The notes below the pieces were generated by a model. It had not been told where the DNA came from. It worked only from the letters and a program-made list of their open reading frames with translations, and made no database searches. Source: Lytechinus pictus (taxonomy: Eukaryota). From it: a DNA stretch of 64,000 nt. Of this stretch, positions 51,479 through 64,000 are shown piece after piece. How positions within the stretch are numbered: position 1 is the first letter of the stretch; each line of letters begins with the position of its first letter. The DNA lies in NCBI RefSeq assembly GCF_037042905.1, contig NC_087251.1:930001-994000 (forward strand), given 5' to 3'. A program made the position numbers and the translations under genes.

Positions 51479-52678
51479 CAAGCCTTGAAATAAGCGGGCG
51501 CTGAGCGCAAATTCGCGCTCATAAAGCCATCAATTACGCCCATACAGCCCCAAAATCATCAAAATTTTGACGACCGGGCGCAAATATTTTCCAGGTAATT
51601 GCGCCCGCCGTGAGTGAGCAGTGAAGCCATATCATACATGTAATTTAAATATCTGAAAAGCCAAAATCAAGTAACTTTCAATTTATGATAAGCACAATTT
51701 CAAATTGCCAAGTGCGTCTTTTTTTCTGTACCGGTACCGGGGTACCATAAAAAGTGAGCTACGTCCGTCTTTTTTTTCTGTAATACATGTGCGCGCGTGC
51801 TTCCAGTAGCGGTTTTTCCATACTTCACCATATGCAATTTCTAATGCACACATTTCCAGTTGGGATATCACAATTCTGCGACATAGTAATTCGAATTGCA
51901 CAGGAGATAAATCCCTGTTCACAGCACGTACGATGTGCGAGTCTTTTATCCTGAATTTAGACTCTCCCAGAATGAAAGGCATTTTCTGTGGAGATCTGCG
52001 TTTTCAAATAACTTGTGAAAAACTTAAGTTAAGGTACATGAACCTACAATACATGTACATAGCCTGTGGCTATGTGCTGGAATTTGAATAGACTGAGTAC
52101 GATATTGATTTCATTTCTTTAACATAATTTATATACAATCCAAGTGCACCTCACTGTCACAATCACACACAAACACTCACCCACATCCGTGATTCTAACC
52201 ATGAAAAAAAAAACTTAAAAATTATTTTTTTTTTCTAAATTTATTATTATTTGATCTGAATTCTCTCTTTCTCCATCTCTCTCTTTTTTTTTTATATTTT
52301 CATTTTATTCATTTATTTAGATTTTTTTGGGGGGGTTCATTGTTCGTGGTTCATTAAAGATGAAAAATAGATAAGCCCATGTGTGTGTGGTTGTAAAGGG
52401 GATGTGGAGTGAGGGTGTAAAAACACACTTAAACATTTAAATCTGATTTCTTAAATGTCAGCCTAATACTTAGCATGCTATTCATGTACTAATTAAAAAA
52501 TTGCAGGAGCTGCGCTTACTATAAACAAATTTGCGGTGTGGTTCACCGTTATGTATATATTTTTTTAATTGCCTCCGGTTCCAGAAAATTGCCCCCGGTT
52601 CCTGTAAAAAGCCCGTGAGCCGGGAGCAATTTTTTTTTTAAATTGCCCCTGGTCTGCAGCTGCTTATTTCAAGGCTTG
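51479..52678. mobile_element. hAT-like MITE
   Basis: TIR CAAGCCTTGAAATAAGC / GCTTATTTCAAGGCTTG; imperfect 8-bp TSD TACAATAG/TACCCTAG. Confidence 0.72.
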
Positions 52679-53159
52679 TACCCTAGGTATCATTGTGTAA
52701 CCCTACATGTAGGTATTTTTTAATTCAAGGTTTATTAAAAACATGAGTCACAGCCAAATGGCTAAAATTGGTCATATATATACAAGGTACAAACAATTAA
52801 AAGACTCATTACATATTTCAAACATTAAAAAGCAGTAACCTTTGTAAAAACTTACATGAGAAATATGTATATAGTTAATAAGGCAAGAATACTAATTAAG
52901 GCAATACAAATTAATATACATGTACATAAGATAATGAAGAAGTGGTAATGTAAGAATTAAAAAAAAATAAGCAAGTTGTAAAAGATCAATAAAAATACAA
53001 ACCTGATATGTAAGTACTTATGGTATTGCTTTCAAATCAGTAATGGGTTTATTGATTGGGCATGTCTTTATTCAGGAGATCTATGAAATATGGTATGGGG
53101 CTATTTCGAAATTGATTTGTTTTACATTATCGTGCAGCCCAAAGCTGGAGTTTACTAAC

Positions 53160-53328
53160 CTGGACACATTGTCTATGGAGCCAAGTACCTTTGCAGCATG
53201 GTGTCTTGAGTACACTATTGCTTGGTGTGGTCTCTACAGGCTCCATACATATTGGACATGTCCCTTTACTTGGTGAGCAAGAGGAAGGTAATACCTTCTG
53301 AACAGGACGATGCTTCGCGCAGTAAGAT
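53160..53328 (-). CDS. G2E3/PHF7-like exon: end of extended PHD (ePHD), start of RING
   Basis: SYCAKHRPVQ...CPICMEPVETTPSNSVLKTPCCKGTWLHRQCVQ; ctcag/gttagt. Confidence 0.92.
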
Positions 53329-53424
53329 CTGAGTTAATAATAATAATAATTTCCATTTTGCCTTTCTCATAAAGACTGGCCAGGAGAGGGATGATTTGAG
53401 ACACCCCCCTTCAGATTTTGGCTG

Positions 53425-54016
53425 TTAAAGGAGAATGAAACTCTTGGAGCAAGTTAGCTTTTGTGAAAGCAGAAAAATCAAAGAATAAGATCAACAAAAG
53501 TTTGAGTAAAATAGGACTAGCAATAGAAGAGTTATGAGCATTTGAATGTCGAGATCACTAATGCTATGGAGATCCTCCCATTGGCAATGCGACCAAGATC
53601 TATGATGTCACAGATGAACAACTCTCCCCTTTTGGACGCTGAAAATATTCCCCAAAACATCTCTTATTGCTCATTCTAATCATATGACAAACGATTCATC
53701 AATGATATAATGTTGTGAAACCTCTCTACTTGTCCTCTCATAAAGAGAACACCGCACCTTGTGATAGACTCTATAAAAGTGAGAATATAAGTGAAATAAG
53801 TACTAAAGTAATGAGGGAGTTGTACGTGTGTGACATCACAGATCTTGGTCGCATTGCCAATGGGAGGATCTACATGGCATTAGTGATCTCAATATTCAAA
53901 TGCTCATAACTTTCTTATTATTCATTCAGTCTTCCTCAAACTTTCACCAATATTTTTCTTTGATTTTTCTCTTTGATATGGATTCAGCTGGTTTCAAGGG
54001 TTTCATTCTCCTTTAA
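53425..54016. mobile_element. MITE family B copy
   Basis: Near-identical to 12117-12716; TTAA flanks. Confidence 0.85.
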
Positions 54017-54573
54017 TAGCACAATCACAATTAAAATCTGCACACAAATTGTCCGCGACTTGGTCTCCATGACTGAATAATACTTTTTCCACAAACTGTT
54101 TTATCTTTCATGCCTCCAGGTCCACATATGATAATGGAAAGTTTGGAAACCTAGCATAGTTTAAAACAATTCAATAGTTTGAATCAAATCTGACATCGTA
54201 CACAAAACTAAGCAACATTTTGTGAATAAAAACAATGAGATATGACAAGCAAAAAGAAAAAGTAGACCAACAGCACAATAATATGTCCAAAGTTGCCCAG
54301 ATAAACTTGTGAAGCGATTGAAAATGACTTTTGAAGTCACTGCGATATTCCCTCATACATGTAGCATGGATCATGACATCACAACTAAATTATCATGTCA
54401 CAAGTTTTACATGTACCATGCAATTTTAGATAATTTTTTCTAGACTTGAAGCATGTAATAGTAAGGCAATATGCAGGCTACATCTACATGTAAATACTAT
54501 GGTAAAAAATACTTGGTTTTATCACACCACAAAATATCTAAATGAGGCTTTAGAAAAGTAGTAGAAAACTTAC

Positions 54574-54698
54574 ACAAAACTGTCATAGAATAGGTAGATT
54601 GCTTCCTCATCTACACCACATCCATAATGATAGATCTGATGACATGCCTTCACTGAGCAACCTACTGAAGCTCCTTTCTTCTTACAGTACTTACATTT
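54574..54698 (-). CDS. G2E3/PHF7-like exon: ePHD core
   Basis: KCKYCKKKGASVGCSVKACHQIYHYGCGVDEEAIYLFYDSF; tgtag/gtaagt. Confidence 0.93.
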
Positions 54699-55293
54699 CT
54701 ACAGTAAAATACAATGATAAACACAGGATTATAAATTTTCATCCGAAATAACTATGCCACGGGGAATAAAAACTAGAAGACTTTCAGGGCTTAAAAAAAA
54801 TTAAATCCAGCAGCGGAATGGTAAAAAAATGTTAGGGGGGCTAAATAGGCCCCCACCCCTTGGGCTAGTGGGCTAGATAGCATCTATATTCAAACCTTTA
54901 ATTAACCAAGTAAAGCTATGGAAATAATAGTACTGAGCAGGATCTCTCAATTTCCTTGCTTCAATTTATCGGCCAATAACTCTATAATCCTTATGCATAG
55001 ACATGGACGCATTGTTTCCTCTGTTACTCTACTGTAGAACTGCAGTGGGTCAAAGTAACTTAAAGTCACAAACAGAAAAAAACGGCAGCCAGATATGGGC
55101 AACAAGAGACAAGTTATTTCATACGGGCCTCTTTTATACTAATTGAAGTTCAATGTTCTGAATCCATGTTTTATGAATTGAGCATTGCTATAGTATGTCA
55201 CACAATCTTCAAAGAGCTTTATATTGATGGGTTTCAGTTCTGCTGACCTTTATCTGCACATGCTCATACTGAAATTCCTTATTGTTGACTTAC

Positions 55294-55395
55294 CAGTTTT
55301 TGTGCCCTTTTTCTCTCAGCTAAGATATCCTTGATTAAGAATCCCTCAATCCCTTCATGGCTTTCACCACGCTGACTGAGTCCACAAGCAAATAG
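55294..55395 (-). CDS. G2E3/PHF7-like exon
   Basis: LFACGLSQRGESHEGIEGFLIKDILAERKRAQKL; tgcag/gtaagt; phase 0 to 0. Confidence 0.93.
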
Positions 55396-55514
55396 CTGCA
55401 AACACACACAAATGCATCATTATATTCAAAAGAAAGTTCATCATGACATTCAGTTCATGTTGTAAAAGCAGAAAAATGAAGAACCATCCTCATGAATATT
55501 TAGTGAAATTCTAA

Positions 55515-57157
55515 AACAAGTGGAACGCCTCTGGCAGTCTCGCCTGCATTACGCGATTTAATATAGCAGCAGTGCTAACTTTGAAAACTACTATAAAATA
55601 ATCATTCACAAAAACACCATTCATATAATGACATAATACCGCGTTCACTGACCATAAATGACATTTGAACGGTGACTAAGTTAAAGGACAAGTCCACCCC
55701 AACAAGAAGTTGATTTGAATAAAAAGAGAAATATCCAACAAGCATAACACTGAAAATTTCATCAAAATCGGATGTAAAATAAGAAAGTTATGACATTTTA
55801 AAGTTTTGCTTTATTTCACAAAACAGTTATATGCACATCCTGGCTGGTATGCAAATGAGGAGACTATGACGTCATCCACTCACTATTTCTTTTGTATTTT
55901 ATTATGTCAAATATGAAATATGCTACTTTTCTCCTCATTGGCAAGTGATACAGCGATTAATTCCTCCCTGAACATGTGGCATTAGGCGGATTAGCATTGT
56001 TTAATACTATATGTTTCAGTCAAGTTGCTCCTTATTGTCAAATCTATAAAAAATGAAATATTGAATAATCCAAACAATAAAAAACAAAAGAAATAGTGAG
56101 TGATGGACATCATCGACTGACCCACCAAGTTGTGCATATCACTGTTTTGTGAAAAATAAGCGAAATTTTAAAATGTCATAACTTTCTTATTTTACATCCG
56201 ATTTTGATGAAATTTTTTAGCACTATACTAGTTTGATATTTCTCTATTTATTCAAGTCAGTATTTTCCTGGGGTGGACTTGACCTTTAAGACTTGTCAAC
56301 TACACCCATGTCCACATTTCATTCACTCTATCCATAAACTTTCAAAGTTACATGTATGATGGCAATTAAACAATTACCCCAACATGGCTTAAGTTTATTG
56401 ACCTTAACTAGACTAACCTTAACTGACCTTTGACCTTGGTTTTGTGACCTGAAACTCACAGGGGATGTTCAGTGATACTTGATTACTCTTATATCCCAAG
56501 TTTTATGAACTAGATCCATAAACTTTCAGAGTTAGGATGGTAATTCAACAAATACCCCCAACACGGCCAAAGTTCATTGACCTTAAATGACCTTTGACCA
56601 TGGTCATGTGACCTGAAACTCGTTAGGATGTTCAGTGATACTTGATTAACCTAATGTCCAAGTTTCATGAACTAGATCCATATTTTCAAAGTTATGATAG
56701 TAATTCAACAAATACTCCCAACTTGACCAAAGTTCATTGACCCTAAATAACCTTTGACCTTGGTCATGTGACCTGAAACTCGAGCAGGATGTTCACTAAT
56801 ACTTGATTAACCTTATGCCCAAGTTTCATGAACTAGGTCCATATACATTTTTAAGTTTAATATGTCATTTAAAAAACTTAACCTTCGGTTAAGATTTTGA
56901 AAATAATTCTCCCAACATGGTCCAAGTTCATTGACCCTAAATGACCTTTGACCTTGGTCATGTGACCTGAAACTCAGGCAGGATGTTCAGTAACACTTGA
57001 TTAATCTTATGTCCAAGTTTCATGAACTAGGTCCTAGTACTTTCAAAGCTATGACATAAAAAAAAAAAACGTAACCTTGCAGATTTTAATATTGGCACTG
57101 CCACCTTTGGAAAAGCAGTACCGATAGTTTCAATCTGCTATGCAGGCGAGACAAAAA
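55515..57157 (-). mobile_element. Helentron-associated (HINE-like) element with internal tandem repeats
   Basis: Subterminal IRs GTCTCGCCTGCAT (55537) / ATGCAGGCGAGAC (57140); four ~160-190-bp units containing TGACCTTTGACC; A-rich flanks. Confidence 0.7.
55681..56289. mobile_element. MITE family A copy nested in the HINE-like element
   Basis: TTAAAGGACAAGTCCACCCC...GGGGTGGACTTGACCTTTAA. Confidence 0.85.
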
Positions 57158-57287
57158 TGTAGAGCTAATTCTGATATGATATCAAGAAAACTATTTCCTG
57201 TAAATTGTAATGTGAAGAATTTCCATTGAAACAAGCAAACGCCATGAAAAACAGAACTGTATCTAAAAGATAAATTAAAGTTCTCAC

Positions 57288-57388
57288 CATACAATAGTAA
57301 TGAGCACAGATTCCACTTTCTTCATGGTGAAGGAATTTACCATAACGTTGAACTGATTGCTCAGAACTGTCACAGAACACACAACATC
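57288..57388 (-). CDS. G2E3/PHF7-like exon: pre-PHD C2HC knuckle (most 5' coding exon found; start exon not located)
   Basis: CCVFCDSSEQSVQRYGKFLHHEESGICAHYYCM; tttag/gtgaga; needs an upstream phase-1 exon. Confidence 0.9.
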
Positions 57389-57537
57389 CTAAAGAATGAG
57401 AATGTGTTCGAAAGATAAAACAAAAAACGGTAAACTGGGAGATGATTTGGGATCATAGAATTGTTGATCTGCATGTACAAACTACTAACTAGTATTCAAT
57501 GTCACATCAACTACATGTATAACTGGCTAATGATTAT

Positions 57538-57794
57538 TTCATCATCATCACCACCACCACCACCACCATCATCATCTTCATTACCATCATCATCATCATC
57601 ATCATCTTCATTACCATTACCATCATCATCATCATCTTCATTACCATCATCATCATCATCATCATCTTCATTACCATTACCATCATCATCATCTTCATTA
57701 CCATTACCATCATCATCATCATCTTCATTACCATCATCATCATCATCATCATCTTCATTACCATCATCATCATCATCATCTTCATTACCATTAC

Positions 57795-57828
<34 letters not shown>

Positions 57829-58066
57829 TTCATTACCATTACCATCATCATCATCTTCATTACCATTACCATCATCATCATCATCATCTTCTTCATTACC
57901 ATCATCATCATCATCTTCATTACCATTACCATCATCATCATCATCATCATCATCTTCATTACCATTACCATCATCATCATCATCATCATCATCTTCATTA
58001 CCATTACCATTACCATCATCATCATCATCATCATCATCTTCGTTACCATCATCATCATCATCATCA
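57538..58066. repeat. Compound trinucleotide microsatellite (ATC)n with CTTCATTACC interruptions
   Basis: Directly visible; explains the poly-S, poly-D and poly-M ORFs. Confidence 0.97.
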
Positions 58067-58479
58067 CCTTCCTTGATGCATAATAATGCATTATACAACT
58101 GCATCTTAATCAAATTTTCTCATTTTGTGTGTATTTCCTATGGGGAAAAAGACATCTTCACCAAAAATAATCATGCCATACCATCAACATTATCAATGCC
58201 ATATGTACTATCATCATTATCAATACCATCATTGCTATCATGATCATCATCATAGTCATGTTCATCATTTATTCTCATAATCATGATCAACAATTAAGAT
58301 CATTGAGCAAAGAATTTTTCAATATGTCACAGCATAATCATCTCATATTATATCACATCACATGTTCAAAACCTTTCTCTGCCCCTGTATCGTCTCAAAT
58401 CACCGTTATTCTATATCACCATACCATTAACTTTATCATCATAATCAATGCCATACCATCATGCTAAAAAAAAAACATT

Positions 58480-59600
58480 GATGGCGCTCTTTGGATAAAC
58501 AGCTTTATGTGGCGGCTTTCCGAGAAAATCTACTAAAATTGCATTTTTTCAGCTCCCCTGAGTCTCTGCACCTATCTAACTAGTAATTATGAATAGTCAG
58601 ACGAAGAAGGGTAAAAATGACTACAAGCTTCGAAACAACCCTCGTCAAAATAAGCCAGGAAAAGAAGATTTGGTGAATCTGGGTGTGGCCGATGATTCTG
58701 ATGTGTCGGGCAAGGCTTCGAACTACGGCTCACCACGGTCCGCTTCCGCGGTACCCAGCCCTTCCGCCGAGCTTCAGCGATCGGACCCACCACTCTCTGT
58801 ACAGTTCGATGTTTTCAAGCAAGAAATGAAAGGTATGCTTTCTTCTATCAACAAAGTTATGAATGAGAGATTTGATCACGTGTTAAGGGAACTGTCCGGT
58901 TTTAGGCATGAACTTGAGGGAGTTAAGTCATCTGTTACCGATATTACGGCTAGCCTATCCGACACTTCTGAAAGGGTCGCACAACTTGAATCTGATAAGA
59001 TTCCTAAACTTCTGCTCACCAGGAAACGAAGCAACAACGGTGAACCTCCTGCCAGATGGGTTGAGTGGAGAGAGTAATTTATTTGAATGTGCTCTAACTG
59101 GAAATAATATCTACCGCTAAAGTGTTTTCAATGTCGTTATGATATTCTTCAAAAAAAAGTTGAAATGTTTTGGAATCTACCTGTTTATTGCTACCTTCGC
59201 GAAAGCCTATGTTCTGATTCTGTCAGTAGAAAAGTTATTTCAGCTCATTCATGGCAGGAAATTTTCAGGGCCTCTGAAAATTGCTCATCTTATATTTCAG
59301 TCGAGATGAAACCTACATTCTACAAAAAAGTCATACTCGGATTGAAGTTTGAGCCCATTTGATGCTACAACAGAAGACTGGAATATGGCTACAGGATATT
59401 TCATTTTAATTTCTCAATTGAAGCATGAAGTTGATCATTGCTATAAAAAAATGCATTTTTTTCGTGTAACTGTCAATACACCTAACTTCATATTGGCATT
59501 ACACGTGAAGTTTGTTAATATCTAATATTTTGATTCTTTTTATTCCGCTGACTATGTCCGTTGTATTTTTTTTAAACCCGATCCTCATCTTTAAAAAAGA
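58480..59600 (+). mobile_element. Degenerate non-LTR retrotransposon (L1/Tx1-like ORF1 5' part, possible ORF2 3' relic)
   Basis: ORF 58589-59077 has a basic N-terminus and heptad coiled coil (FDVFKQEMKGMLSSINKVMNERFDHVLRELSGFRHELEGVKSS) typical of LINE ORF1. Downstream is frameshifted; no RT seen. Confidence 0.5.
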
Positions 59601-60521
59601 AAGGAGAAAGAAAGGTCTTCTCAGCAAGTTTGTACTTTTCACTTTGGAACTATTTCGAAACTGATGTTTTGAGTTTGTATTAATGTGTAATTTGTAAGAT
59701 TCTGTCTTTACACAAGAGTAGAAACGAATATGTTGTTTTGGAATAAGAATGTACAGGATGATAGTTCTCATTTAATTTATTCCTGAGTAATTAATTCGGT
59801 AACATAGGACAAACTTTTTTAAGTATTGGTCTCATGCAATTTATATCTGATACTTTTGCTAAAAGAAACATTTTACTCCGCTTTTAAGAGAAGAAAGACT
59901 TTTTTCTTTCTTTCTTTTTAAACCTTACGGTCCCCCTCATGTCATTATTACACATAATTATTTCCTGATTTGATATTCGAAGTGAAATGCTACAGGATTA
60001 AGGTCACTTGATTGAACGATTTATTTTAAATGGTTCTGCCATTTTTATTTCCTCAGTAAACAAACATTACCCAGTGCAGCTATTTTGAAGTTGTTCCTAT
60101 AAAGGCGGTCTTCGATTTTGATAATTGTAGATTTTTTTTCAACTGTAGATGTGTATCTTCACACAAAAAATACTTCTAAAATAATTTCTTATGAGTTGAA
60201 TTACAATGTTTTCCTAAAATGTAGTATTTTGTGATGTAAAAACCAATTTTGTCTTCTTTGGCGATTAGGATGAAATGATACTGTATAAAATAAATTTATC
60301 ATTTTTTACATAAAAATGTCACTCTTATTTTATGGCAAACAAATTTTTAAAAATATGTACCTTTCGCTTGGGTATAGTTTTCATCTGTTTACCATAGATG
60401 AATGGTGTTTAATACGGATCCCTGTGGATTTTTATTTTTTATTTTTTGTGTGTCTTCATACTACAGAATACCTAACTTATGCTCGAGGTTGGTTTAAATG
60501 TACTGGATGATGGTCTCTTTA

Positions 60522-63089
60522 CAGGGGCGGAAATCTCTCCCAAAAGGTAGGGGGGACACAGGGGCGGATCCAGCCTTCGCCAATAGGGGGGGGGGGGGCG
60601 GAAATTTGTTTCAGCCATATTTTCACCAATCGGCAGCTCGAAGATGATTTGTGTTTGTTTCTTTGAAGGGGTAGTTCTCATTAGTCACTTCTTAGCTTTA
60701 TTCTTATAAATTCATATATAATTCCATAATCCTTATTTATATGATGCGAGCACGAAGCGCGAGCTAATTTTTTGGAAATTTTATGTATTTTTGACTAAAA
60801 TTTGAACATTCTGGGCAATGTTTGTTATCCTGAAAAAAATGTGTATGCAACTTAATAATTACTACGAACGCAAAGCGCGAGTAGAAATGAACTGATGGAA
60901 AAGATACTTGTTAAAGACTGCGTGCAGTTAGCATTTAACAATCAAATAATGCGAGCGCGAAGCGCGAGCTGATTTTTTTTACATTTTCACCTAAAGAATG
61001 GAAATTCTAAGCACTTTTTGTAACTCAAGCAGAATAGGTATATAAGTAGAAAATTGATAAGAGCGCGAAGCGCGAGCGGAAAATTTCGAGATTTAATCCT
61101 ATTATATTTACTGAACGAGACACTCTATTCATGTTTTGTAAATCATGAAAAGGATGAGTATTAATAATGCGAGCGCAAAGCGCGAGCAGAACATTTTTAT
61201 ATACGTTTTGAACTGGTACCTGTTGAAAAGGTACCTGTTAAGGACTGCTTGCACTTAGCCATGAAGGCGTTACATATTTCAACAATCAAAGAATGCGAGC
61301 GCGAAGCTCGAGCTGAAAAATTTTGAAAATTTCTAAAGAAAGAATGGAAAATTTTAATCAATTTTTGTAATTGTGAACAGGATAGCTATATAATTCAACA
61401 ATTGATGCAAGCGCGAAGCGCGAGCAGAAAAAAAAATCGAGATTTAGACCTAAAAATGGGCCACTCTGTTTATTTACCGTGTTTAAATTAAAATAAATCA
61501 ATCAAAATCAATGTTTTGTAAATCATGAAAAGGATGATGAGTAATAGGGGTCTTCCTACATTAATAATGCGAGCACAAAGCGCGAGCAGAAAAATTTTGA
61601 TATTGAAACTGGGTAATGATTTAAATAGAGAACAAGTTGAGTATTTGAATTGAATTGAATTGAATTTATTAGAACTTCACTGGCAATTGCCAGTATTTTG
61701 TTCATAACAAGAAGTACAAAATGATACAAGACAGATATTTGAATAAACATGCGCGCGCGTGTTTTATATTTTGACCTAGAATCTAGGCATTCTAAATACA
61801 TCTTTAATCAGGAAAATCATGAAACTTTGATATTCCGATCTGAAAAAAGAGTCAATTACAGCTTTATACTTCAAGCACTTTGTAGGAAAATTGTTAGGTG
61901 GATATGGATAGCACTTAAAAAAAAGTGCTAAAATTTTCATTATTATTACTTTGAGTTTTGACATAGGACCGGGACATCCTTACGACATGTCATGAAAATG
62001 ATGACTATCTTCCTATTCCTCTTGCTAAGCGCGAGATGAAACACAAGGGACAATTTAATTATCAAATTAATATCATATTCATTAATGCCTAATGAGGGCG
62101 CGAAATCTGATGATATTATGGCATAAAACTGGAAATTTCACTTTTGTAATTATGAATAGGATGCATCAGTTAATATATTTTTAACCATTAATGCGAGCGC
62201 AAATCGCGAGCTAAAATTTTTGATAAACTGTCATGAAAAGGGGATTTTAAGTAGTTTGTTGTATAATCAATATTGAAACATACATAACTCGCCAATAAAA
62301 ATGCCAGCGTGCAGCGCTAGCTGATACGTCTTGACAATCAGACCTGAAAAAGGATATTTTGAAGACTTTATGGAATACACAAAAATAATAAGTACCTGAT
62401 AAATCAAAATTTGCGAGCACGCAGCGCAAGCAGCAATGTTGATAAAATTATTCAGACCATAAAACTGACATTTTTACAGAGCACTTTTTAAAAACCTAAT
62501 GTGTAAATCACACAAAATAATGAAAGTTCGATTTCCGAGATGAAATATGTTTTGTATATTGACTTCCAAACTTGATATTTGAGCTCCATATTGAACAAGA
62601 TACGTAAATCACCTAACAGGCAATGCGAACGCGAAGCGCGAGCGAAAATTTTATATGGTGGCACGAAAGATTCTTTTTATTTTCCAAGTCTTCCCCTCGT
62701 CTTATTTTATGCACTCGTTGTCCTTCTCTTTTTTTCTCCTCTCTTTCTCTCCTTTTTTTCCTTTTTCCTTCTTCCCTTCTTCCCTTTTTTTTTCTTTTTT
62801 TTTGCTCCGCCAATAGGGGGGAGGGGGGGCCCTCGGCCCCCTGGATCCGCCTATGGGGACAAGGGGCGGGAAAATTTGACAAGCAAAAAAAAGGTTATCA
62901 TCCCAAAAGTACGGTCATCTCGTCCCAACTCGTCCCAAAATACATGTTTTATTTCGATTTAGAATGATGTATTTCTTACCATCATAAAAGACCAAAAATA
63001 GTAGGGGGGACATTTGATATTGTGTCCCCCCTACTATTTTGAGTAGGGGGGACACGTCCCCCCTGTCCCCCCTGGGATTTCCGCCCATG
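60522..63089. mobile_element. hAT-like MITE (outer)
   Basis: TIR CAGGGGCGGAAATC / GATTTCCGCCCATG; perfect 8-bp TSD TCTCTTTA. Confidence 0.85.
60559..62855. mobile_element. Nested TIR element with dispersed GCGAGCGCGAAGCGCGAGC motifs
   Basis: TIR CAGGGGCGGATCCAG / CTGGATCCGCCTATG; GGGACA duplicated at both ends. Confidence 0.82.
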
Positions 63090-63119
63090 TCTCTTTAACT
63101 TGTTTTATATGCCACATCA

Positions 63120-63720
63120 ATTCCATTCCTTCAATAGCAGGGGTCAAGCTTTTCATAGGCAGGTTTCCTTGATGTTGTAGAAAGGTTGGATTTTTTAATG
63201 AAAACATTGTTGAATATTGTTTCTTTAGGTCTTTATCTCCACATGGCTAATCATTTCCAAAGTGATACTGGAGATAAGTTCTAATATTCTTCTGATTGAT
63301 GGTTGTTTATTGGTCTTAAAGCCAGTATTTTTAGCAGATGTTGTTCAAATTTCTTTCAGAGTTTATATTCTCTTAGTTTCCCTTACCTTGTATTGAATGA
63401 TACACAGTGAAAACGCTGTTTAAGATTTTATACGGCGCTGTTTACTGTATGGACCTTGCAGTGTTTGTTTAACCGTTTAAACAATCATATTTAATTTATT
63501 GAAAATTAGATATTGAAAATTAAACTTTAAACACTTGTTTAAACTGTTTGAACAATTGCTGTAGGGTTCGTATGGTGGACAGCGTTGTATATATATATAT
63601 ATTTTTTACTGTGTACTACACCAGCCACATTGCCTAGCAAATAGTTTTTCCCAGATGTTATGATTTACTTTAAAATGAGGTGGTACAGAAGATTGATGAT
63701 ATGGAGTTTTCTTCCCCCTT
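63120..63720 (-). pseudogene. Degenerate GIY-YIG endonuclease relic (Penelope-like), split by a MITE
   Basis: Removing 63403-63616 gives minus-strand QCGWCSIIQYKVRETKR..TLKE.(frameshift)FEQHL...MKSLTP, resembling the CxxC..QYVGETKRxLxERFxEH motif. Confidence 0.45.
63401..63616. mobile_element. Short MITE with TA flanks
   Basis: TA-CACAGTGAAAA...TTTTTACTGTG-TA. Confidence 0.65.
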
Positions 63721-64000
63721 CTGGAAATTCTCTCACATCATATATCATCAAAATGATACTGAAATCTACTATGAAACCTAATTTTACCATGTTATCATGT
63801 TGATTTAAAAACGACTTAGAGATTGAATCAAAGTTTTCATTTTACACTGCTAACGAGCCTCGACCTTCTTAGGCATAACATACTGAGTTGTATTTCATAT
63901 AATTTTTAGTATCATAAAAATGGTGCATTTTGTATTTATAATCTATTATCTGCATTTACCACAGAGAGCTGCTATCGTCATTTCATTACATTTTAATGAT

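Noticed and set aside
57461..58243. Poly-Ser, poly-Asp and poly-Met ORFs
   Set aside because: All three arise from the (ATC)n microsatellite.
58589..59077. Host coiled-coil gene
   Set aside because: Intronless, truncated, antisense to the flanking gene and followed by decayed sequence; better explained as a LINE ORF1 fragment.

Overview
AT-rich animal genomic DNA with spliceosomal GT-AG introns and dense non-autonomous transposons. The repeat styles suggest a sea urchin or other invertebrate deuterostome (inference). Three minus-strand genes were assembled by hand from splice sites and reading phase. (1) The 5' part of MRPL4 (exons 9235-9309, 1619-1733, 565-736), which continues off the left edge; its 7.5-kb first intron is a nested pile of DNA transposons plus a ~110-bp satellite. 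(2) A tentative 265-aa His/Lys/Arg-rich orphan gene (19226-19270 + 16483-17235). (3) A G2E3/PHF7-family gene: seven small zinc-finger exons (57388 to 49556) splice in phase onto one 7,679-nt terminal coding exon (45680-38002). No HECT domain is visible. The ~2,560-aa tail contains three independent repeat systems: 8 copies of an unrecognised W-x5-W...GRxTRS module, a 55-aa tandem array of AT-hook-like GRPRK motifs, and 4 copies of a module bracketed by paired (T)QT motifs resembling LC8/DYNLL1 sites. This protein is the best candidate for an undescribed system. The rest is MITEs (MULE-, Sola-, Academ-, Kolobok-, hAT-, Harbinger-like), Helentron-associated elements, a tRNA-derived SINE, LINE and Penelope relics, and simple repeats. 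Transposon superfamily names are inferred from termini and target-site duplications (TSDs) only; no database search was run.
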